Below are positions 57,614 through 64,000 of a stretch of DNA of 64,000 nt, piece after piece; within the stretch, counting starts at the first letter, position 1; every line of letters begins with the position of its first letter. Under the pieces are notes generated by a model that was not told the DNA's origin, searched no databases, and saw only the letters and a list, made by a program, of their open reading frames with translations. Source of the stretch: Candidatus Woesebacteria bacterium (lineage in GTDB: Bacteria > Patescibacteriota > Microgenomatia > UBA8517); contig OY970314.1 of the NCBI GenBank assembly GCA_963716475.1, positions 237,226-301,225 of the forward strand, given 5' to 3'. The position numbers and the translations under genes were made by a program.

Positions 57614-58519
57614 ATGCAAAAAGATGACTCCGGCCAGGCTTTAGTACTGGTACTTCTTTCGCTTTCTGTTGTTCTAACTTTGATCTTATATATATTGTCC
57701 CGTTCGGTTACCGACGTTGCAGTTTCTTCAAGACAGGAAGAAGCCGTGCGGGCTTTTTCTGCAGCCGAGGCCGGGATCGAACGCTCGCTTGTGGTTGGTA
57801 CAGGATTTCCCGAGACGGGTATCGGAAATGCAAGCTACACAACTTCGGTAACAAGCTTTGCCTCGGGGAGTGGCGAGTTGTCTTTTCCATCCCCGGTTTC
57901 ATATGGAGATGTCGTAACGGTTTGGTTCGTTTCTCATGATAATAGTGGAAAGTTGGTGTGTAACCCTCCCCCGTTGCCTTGTTACTTTGGAACTCAAATG
58001 AAGGTATGTTGGGGTAATCCGGGTACCCCAAGAGATTCACTAACCACTCCTGCGGTTGAGTTGAGTGTGTATTATGAATCCCCTGCCAACAGTGGTTTTG
58101 CCAACCTAAATGTTGGGCGGGTTCTTGTAGATCCCAATTCAGGAAGGAGCGCGGGTAACGCTTTTATTATTTCGCCCGATTGGTCAGCGGGAACGTGTCA
58201 AATCGGGAATCAAACATACGCCTTTCAGAAGACAATAAACTTTTCCGACATGAAGATACCTGCAGGTTCCTATGGGGCCGTGAATGGTATGCAGCTAGCA
58301 CAAATAAGAATGCTCTATAACAGTGATGTTTCTCAGGCAGTTGGCGTTGGTGTTACCGGTAGTACTTTACCGTCTCAGGGGAAAGTAATTGATTCAAGTG
58401 GTTTTGCCGGCGATATTAATAACAGGAGTAACCGTAGGATTATAGTCTATCAGAGTTGGCCGGAATTTCCTTTTACTTCAAGTACAATTATCTCTCCTGT
58501 CGGAATTATAAAGAATTAA
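57614..58519 (+). CDS. PilX-N-like minor pilin/pilus-associated protein
   Basis: N-terminus DSGQALVLVLLSLSVVLTLILYILS resembles the PilX_N class (no Glu+5); beta-rich body. Confidence 0.45.
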   Translation: MQKDDSGQALVLVLLSLSVVLTLILYILSRSVTDVAVSSRQEEAVRAFSAAEAGIERSLVVGTGFPETGIGNASYTTSVTSFASGSGELSFPSPVSYGDVVTVWFVSHDNSGKLVCNPPPLPCYFGTQMKVCWGNPGTPRDSLTTPAVELSVYYESPANSGFANLNVGRVLVDPNSGRSAGNAFIISPDWSAGTCQIGNQTYAFQKTINFSDMKIPAGSYGAVNGMQLAQIRMLYNSDVSQAVGVGVTGSTLPSQGKVIDSSGFAGDINNRSNRRIIVYQSWPEFPFTSSTIISPVGIIKN

Positions 58520-59934
58520 GGCGCCACTTCCTGCCAGCTCATAGTGCGGGCCCCAAGTGAGCCGGGGAATAAAAGAACCTGGTCGGGGGCGAATTCAAAA
58601 AACTCTGCCGGTGTTGTAGAATTTGCCGCTTCAAGATCTCTTTGAAGACCCATACCTCTATAAGTTGCTATTGATCCGCGTACCCGAAGCTGAAGGTCGG
58701 AACTCGTGCTTTTTGTACCTGTTCGGTACTCTCCATCGGCGATAAATATTCCCTCAAGATTGGGGGGCGTATTTTCATTAACGACCGCCGGGTCAAACCC
58801 GACTGTCGGGCTCACTATAATATTCCCCTTTGTTCCGCTGCCGTTGTCTCCGGCAACCAGTAGGAAAAATCCGGCACCTTTGTTCAGATTAATATTTCCT
58901 GTTATGGTAACGTTAGAACCTTTAACGATTATAACCACCTTATTATTACCCAAAGACGTACCTCCGGGATTATTTATTATCAAATCGGATCCCCCGTTTG
59001 ACGCCGGATCATATTCCCACCAATAGATACCGGTTGCCGTATCTTTTTGTGCAGATCCGTTAAAAAGAGAAGCTACGTTTATTGAGGCCGATGAAGAGTT
59101 TATGGTTGTGCCTTCAGGTACTGCATTCAGGAAATAAGCCGAATTGTATGTCTTTGCAGCATTATAGCCCGATTGGGCCAACCAGCCCGTTTCAGAAACA
59201 TTTGCCTGATTAAGGTTGGTATTGCCCTTATGTGCCGGGATACCCGGATATCCACCTCCACCCGTAAGGTCAAAATACTGACTTGATCCTGGGGGAGGAG
59301 GGGTGGGAGTTGGGGCCGGTGTGGGAGTGGCGCATGATGCGGTAGCCGGGCAGGATTTTGTCGTACAGCCACAACTGCCATTCACACCGCCGTCATTTAC
59401 TGTTCCGCCGCCGTAGCCACAACCCGACGGGCAAGGCTGATTGCTGCACCCCGCCTGTGCCGGAGTACAATCGTCAAAACAGGAAGAACAACCATTCCAA
59501 CCGTCGCGGACGCACTGTCCCGCTACAGAGTAACAACTACCGCTTGTCACACAAGACCCAGGAATACAACCACCGACCCATGTGCAGCTTTGAGCGACGG
59601 GATTACAATGGTAAAGACACGAATTCCCCGCCGTGGCATTTTGGCATGAGGCTTGATCTGTATAGGCGCTGCAAGGCAATCCTCCCAGCGAGGTATTGCA
59701 AACAGTACCGCAATTCCAACTACAAGTACCTAATCCGGCAGCGCAATTACCGCCCGCGTTATAACATACTGTAGAATGTGAGAGGCTACAATAACAACCG
59801 GACACATCTTGACCACAAAATATAGTTCCCTGGCAACCTGCATATACTTGTTTTGTTAAGCCGCCGGTACACGCGATAATAATTCCCGAAACAAAAATTA
59901 ATTTAAAAAGCCAATTACTGAAGAATTGTCTCAC
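58516..59934 (-). CDS. secreted Cys-rich protein with Pro/Thr linker and C-terminal beta-rich domain
   Basis: Signal peptide; about 45 Cys in the first ~200 aa; PTPAPTPTPPPP linker; Gly/Asn/Thr-rich C-terminal domain. Confidence 0.55.
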   Translation of the reverse strand: MRQFFSNWLFKLIFVSGIIIACTGGLTKQVYAGCQGTIFCGQDVSGCYCSLSHSTVCYNAGGNCAAGLGTCSWNCGTVCNTSLGGLPCSAYTDQASCQNATAGNSCLYHCNPVAQSCTWVGGCIPGSCVTSGSCYSVAGQCVRDGWNGCSSCFDDCTPAQAGCSNQPCPSGCGYGGGTVNDGGVNGSCGCTTKSCPATASCATPTPAPTPTPPPPGSSQYFDLTGGGGYPGIPAHKGNTNLNQANVSETGWLAQSGYNAAKTYNSAYFLNAVPEGTTINSSSASINVASLFNGSAQKDTATGIYWWEYDPASNGGSDLIINNPGGTSLGNNKVVIIVKGSNVTITGNINLNKGAGFFLLVAGDNGSGTKGNIIVSPTVGFDPAVVNENTPPNLEGIFIADGEYRTGTKSTSSDLQLRVRGSIATYRGMGLQRDLEAANSTTPAEFFEFAPDQVLLFPGSLGARTMSWQEVAP

Positions 59935-59955
59935 ACTTTTACAATATCACCTTGT

Positions 59956-60981
59956 TTAGGGTTTTTCCAGTCCGAAAGGAGGTTGAAAAGCATTCTTGGC
60001 TATCATTTCATTCGTCTGCGCAATTAATAGCTGCCACCAATCATCATCACGCTCGGAAGAACCCTGAAGAGCCCCGCATGTCTGTAAGATGGAACCATGT
60101 TCCAGGCAACGGTTTTCTATATAGCCAAAGGAGCTTAAAATTGCAAAATTTTCATAAACAAATGCGTAATCTTTAACATTTACCCCATCTATAAAAGAGT
60201 CACCGCTCCTTTCATAAGCAAAAAAGGTGTTGGCTGTAAACAATAGCCTCCCATGTCCATCCACGCCAAAAAACATATTGTTTCCAAGGCTGTATGACAT
60301 ACTATATCTTGGATCAAGTTTATCGGATATAAGCATGGAAAAACCCTGTCTTGGATCTATCATTGCCTCTCTTCGGGTAACGCCGTTGTTATCCAGTATC
60401 ATTAAATCAACTTCTCCGCCAGAAGGCTTTTCAAGAAGCTCAAGATACTGCTCGTAGGTCACGTTATTACCCATGACTTTGGTGTAACGGTAATAGGCCG
60501 CCCGTAAAAACATATCTGCCACGTCATTGGTTCCTTCCTGAGTCATCCACACACCGGTAATCGAGTTATTTGGTTGGATATTATCGTGCACCACATCATC
60601 AGAAAGCCCGATGATAATGGGAATATCTAAGGTGCTACCGTTCTCAAGCGTGACTGTGCCGTTCCACTCCTTATGCCATTCTGCAGGAAAGAGGGGCGAG
60701 AATTCAAGACTTGGGCCATGTTCAAGCGGAATTTGCGTTAGTGTCGGTGTTTCAACGAGCGTAGACGTTTCAGTGGAAGTTGGCATTTCACTTGGTGCCG
60801 GTGTTTCGGTGGGGGTAAAAGTCTCCGGAGTTGCGGGGCCGATTGTAATTTCTGTCGGGGCAACTTTTGTTGAGCTAGGGCTGGTTAAATCGGGAGTACC
60901 CGTGGAACTTGGTAATACTTCACATCCGGAGAGCCCCATGGCAACAACAAGTGTTAGGTTTACAATGTCTCTCTTGGACAT
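59956..60981 (-). CDS. putative lipoprotein, function unknown
   Basis: Lipobox VAMGLSGC after an n/h region (likely start MSKRDIVNLTLVV); Thr/Pro-rich spacer then a globular domain. Confidence 0.5.
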   Translation of the reverse strand: MSKRDIVNLTLVVAMGLSGCEVLPSSTGTPDLTSPSSTKVAPTEITIGPATPETFTPTETPAPSEMPTSTETSTLVETPTLTQIPLEHGPSLEFSPLFPAEWHKEWNGTVTLENGSTLDIPIIIGLSDDVVHDNIQPNNSITGVWMTQEGTNDVADMFLRAAYYRYTKVMGNNVTYEQYLELLEKPSGGEVDLMILDNNGVTRREAMIDPRQGFSMLISDKLDPRYSMSYSLGNNMFFGVDGHGRLLFTANTFFAYERSGDSFIDGVNVKDYAFVYENFAILSSFGYIENRCLEHGSILQTCGALQGSSERDDDWWQLLIAQTNEMIAKNAFQPPFGLEKP

Positions 60982-61159
60982 GTTTGCACGCACGCTGCTA
61001 AACATTCCGTCAAGATTGGCCTCAAGTGGATTACTGAATTCAGGCGGATTGATTTCATTTTTCATAGGTTTCGTCGGGATAGCGCTCAATTATAGGCTAT
61101 ATAGTCAAGCAATTCAAATTACGCTAAAGTGTTAGCAATTGTTGTGAGGGAGTTGAAGC

Positions 61160-64000
61160 TTAAGGAACATCACTATTTAGGTCTCCGTTCGTGGATACAT
61201 CCGCGTCTTTAACCTGCCACCAACCGGAGTGGTAAATAACCGTAACGTTCGAACTACCTGAACATTTTGAAACTCCGTTATAAATTGCCGAGGCAGTAAG
61301 AGTTGCACCCGGGGGAGAAAGTGGTGTTGCCCAGGTTGTATAACCGTCAGAAGAATTGTTATCAGAACCAGGACTTACAGTGATAGAGCCTGTATCGCTT
61401 GAGCTAAAAGACACACTGTCGGGGGTAATGTTAGTTAGAGTTGCCGTGAATGGCCAGGCAGGATCTCCCATTACCATGGTTTTTGGGTTAGGTGTTAAGG
61501 TAACGGTGCATGGAGGGACTGTAACAACCGCCGTGTTGCTGCATATTGTTCCTGTGTTCATGGTTGCCCTTGCAGTTATAGTGGAAGTTCCGGCGGAAAT
61601 ACCCGTGGCGATTGTTGTATATGGAGAAGAACCAACACTGCCGGGACTTACGGTAGCTACACCGGTTGTACCTGAGGTAAAAGTGACATTTGAAATGGTT
61701 CCGTTTATCGGAGTAACGGTTGCGGTAAGAGTTGCAGTTTCTCCGATCTTGATGGTGGCAGGAGTTAGGCTAACAGTGCAGGAAGAAGCGGAATATTTGA
61801 AATAAATATCTGCCCAGTCCCCGTTTGAAGGCAAAGTAACCGTAACGGAATTACCGGCAGTATAACTATTTACAGGAGGTGAGGTATCGATGGTATTGGG
61901 AGTATGTGAAATTGTGTAACCGGAGAGGTTGGTGGCAGTAACGGTATATGTACCTGTGGGCAGGGAATTGAAAAGAAAGTAAGGAGAATCGGCAGAACTG
62001 GTGTTAACCGGCCCGGTTATGGTTACGTTTTGGCCGGGAATTACCAGATCCACTCCACTGGTATTAACATGATGTCCCTGGATCATAACGGTAGCGGGTA
62101 GAACCGTGACAACTGCCGTATTGTTGCATGTTGTTCCGGTATTCATGGTGGCCGTTGCAGTTATTGTGGAAGTTCCTACAGCAACACCTGTGGCTATGGT
62201 TGTATATGCAACGGTAGTATCGCTGGCAGGACTAACTGTAGCCTTAGAGGGTGAGCCTGAGGTAAAGGAAACACTGGAAATAGTACCGTTTGTGGGTGTG
62301 ACGGTTGCGGTAAGACCGGCAGTTTCTCCAACATGAACAGTCGCAGGTGTGAGAGTAAGATTGCATGACGGAATGGGGGTATATTTGAAATAAATATCTG
62401 CCCAGTCCCCGTTTGAAGGCAGTGTAACAGTTACTGAATTACCGTTGGTGTAACTATTCGCTGGAGGGGATGTGTCAATAGTATTGGGAGTATGTGAGGT
62501 CGTGTAACCGGCAATATTATTGGCAGTGACGGTATATGTTCCTGTAGGCAGGGAACTAAAATTCCAGTAGGGAGAGGCGGAAGAACTGGTGTTAACCGGC
62601 CCGGTTATGGTTACTCCTTGACCCGGAATTACCAGGTCAACTCCGCTGGTATTAACGTGATGTCCCTGGATCATAACGGTAGCAGGAAGAACAGTAATCG
62701 TTGAGGTACCTGTATTTGTTGCTCCCGTACTCGTATTGCACCTTGCAGTGATGGTAGAAGTTCCGGCGGAAACACCCGTAACAACGGTTGTATATGCAAC
62801 GGTGGTATCACTGGCAGGGTTTACTGTAGCAACGCCGGTTGTACCCGAGACAAAACCTACACTGGAAATAGTATCACCCCATACTGTGGTGTTTCCGGTA
62901 ATGGTTGCAGTATCACCAACCGTAATGGTCGCAGAACCGGGAGTAACGGTGCATGACGGAATGGGGGTATATTTGAAATAAATATCTGCCCAGTCCCCGT
63001 TTGAAGGCAGTGTAACAGTTACGGAATTACCGGCGGTATAACTATTTACAGGAGGTGACGTGTCGATGGTATTGGGAGTATGTGAAATTGTGTAACGGGA
63101 GGGGTCGGGGTTGGTAGCAGTGACGGTATATGTTCCTGTAGGCAGGGAACTAAAATTCCAGTAGGGAGAGGCGGAAGAACTGGTATTGGTAGGTCCGGTG
63201 ATAGTTACGTTTTGGCCGGGAATTACCAGATCCGCTCCGCTTGTATTAACATGATGTCCCTGAATCATGACTGCCGATTGAAGGACTGTCACTACGGCAG
63301 TATTGAAACATGTCGTTCCCGTATTCATAGTGGCCGTTGCAGTTATTGTGGAAGTTCCTACGGCAACACCTGTGGCCACGGTTGTGTATGGAGAAGCATT
63401 GACGGTGCCGGGACTTACTGTAGCTTTAGACGGTGAACCTGAGGTAAAACTGACGCTCGAGATGGTACCGTTTACCGGTGAAACATTTGCGGTAAGGTTT
63501 GCGGTTCCTCCCACATATACGTTTGTGGAAGAAAGAGTGAGACTACAGGAAGGAATGGGAGTGAATTTGAAATAAATATCTGCCCAGTCCCCGTTTGAAG
63601 GCAGAGTAACCGTTACGGAATTACCGGCGGTATAGCCACATGCTGTGGGAGGCGATGTATTAATACAGGAAGTGTGCGAAATTGTGTAATTGGTGGGGTC
63701 GGGATTAGTAGCAGTGATCGTATACGTACCGGTGGGCAGGGAATTAAAAAACCAGGTGGGGGTGTTGGTATTAACAGGCTGCCCTGTAACCGTTACTGCC
63801 TGGCCGGGAATTACTAACGGATTACCGTTAACATCAACATAGCGACCCTCAATCGTGACGGTGGCCTGTGCTATCGTAACAACCGAGGTATTGGTACAGG
63901 TTGTTGTGCCATCATTCATAGTGGCCGTTGCAGTTATTGTGGAAGTTCCTACAGCAACACCCGTGGCTATGGTTGTATATGCAACGGTAGTATCGCTGGC
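61160..64000 (-). CDS. giant repetitive surface protein, 5'-partial (continues beyond window end), with alternating Big_2-like Ig domains
   Basis: At least 919 aa in window; ~195-aa protein repeats (VSFTSGSPSKATVSP...TTVATGVAVGTSTITATATMNTGTTC + QGHHVNTSGVDLVIPGQNVTITGP...GDWADIYFKYTPIPSC); 61790..64000 carries near-identical ~590-bp DNA tandem copies; the M at 63919 is internal because the repeat pattern continues to position 64000. Confidence 0.75.
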   Translation of the reverse strand, partial: ASDTTVAYTTIATGVAVGTSTITATATMNDGTTTCTNTSVVTIAQATVTIEGRYVDVNGNPLVIPGQAVTVTGQPVNTNTPTWFFNSLPTGTYTITATNPDPTNYTISHTSCINTSPPTACGYTAGNSVTVTLPSNGDWADIYFKFTPIPSCSLTLSSTNVYVGGTANLTANVSPVNGTISSVSFTSGSPSKATVSPGTVNASPYTTVATGVAVGTSTITATATMNTGTTCFNTAVVTVLQSAVMIQGHHVNTSGADLVIPGQNVTITGPTNTSSSASPYWNFSSLPTGTYTVTATNPDPSRYTISHTPNTIDTSPPVNSYTAGNSVTVTLPSNGDWADIYFKYTPIPSCTVTPGSATITVGDTATITGNTTVWGDTISSVGFVSGTTGVATVNPASDTTVAYTTVVTGVSAGTSTITARCNTSTGATNTGTSTITVLPATVMIQGHHVNTSGVDLVIPGQGVTITGPVNTSSSASPYWNFSSLPTGTYTVTANNIAGYTTSHTPNTIDTSPPANSYTNGNSVTVTLPSNGDWADIYFKYTPIPSCNLTLTPATVHVGETAGLTATVTPTNGTISSVSFTSGSPSKATVSPASDTTVAYTTIATGVAVGTSTITATATMNTGTTCNNTAVVTVLPATVMIQGHHVNTSGVDLVIPGQNVTITGPVNTSSADSPYFLFNSLPTGTYTVTATNLSGYTISHTPNTIDTSPPVNSYTAGNSVTVTLPSNGDWADIYFKYSASSCTVSLTPATIKIGETATLTATVTPINGTISNVTFTSGTTGVATVSPGSVGSSPYTTIATGISAGTSTITARATMNTGTICSNTAVVTVPPCTVTLTPNPKTMVMGDPAWPFTATLTNITPDSVSFSSSDTGSITVSPGSDNNSSDGYTTWATPLSPPGATLTASAIYNGVSKCSGSSNVTVIYHSGWWQVKDADVSTNGDLNSDVP
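61790..64000. repeat. tandem ~585-597-bp near-identical DNA repeats inside the giant surface protein gene
   Basis: Landmark string tttgaaataaatatctgcccagtccccgtttgaaggca recurs at about 61797, 62385, 62970 and 63567; long identical blocks between copies. Confidence 0.7.

Overview
This 64-kb window is gene-dense, AT-moderate bacterial DNA with canonical sigma70-like promoters (TTGACA-16/17-TATAAT), short proteins and many overlapping genes; it looks like a small-genome monoderm-type organism, possibly CPR/Patescibacteria-like, though lineage cannot be assigned from sequence alone. Housekeeping genes (XerC/D-type recombinase, metK with a SAM-I riboswitch leader, gyrA, gyrB, a short DNA pol III delta'-like protein, H+-pyrophosphatase, Rel/SpoT, PlsC-like acyltransferase) are interleaved with three accessory blocks. 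(1) A cell-surface block (about 8.8-27.5 kb) holds two sortases, a SipW-like signal peptidase next to a TasA/camelysin-like protein with a SipW-cognate signal peptide, and several giant repeat adhesins (1556 aa and 930 aa, plus another at the window end) with an unusual conserved sorting signal QVLGAS[ST]..GTGS. (2) A 12.7-kb minus-strand glycosylation operon (27.6-40.3 kb) has a glycoside hydrolase, two GT-C membrane glycosyltransferases, a NodB-type deacetylase, two GT2s, a kinase-like protein and a 1568-aa single-polypeptide fusion of GT2 (Dpm1-like), processive GT2 (QxxRW), Wzx-like flippase and GT4. (3) A type IV pilus locus (45.6-58.5 kb) has pilB-pilT-pilC, a major pilin, a pilD with no in-frame start codon directly behind a T9 homopolymer, eight further pilin or pseudopilin genes and a PilX-like gene. 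Ten co-oriented copies of an A6-GCAGGGGG intergenic motif cluster between 17.5 and 27 kb, and two giant adhesin genes share a near-identical promoter. I found no tRNA, rRNA, CRISPR array or transposase. Manual coordinates may be off by 1-2 nt.
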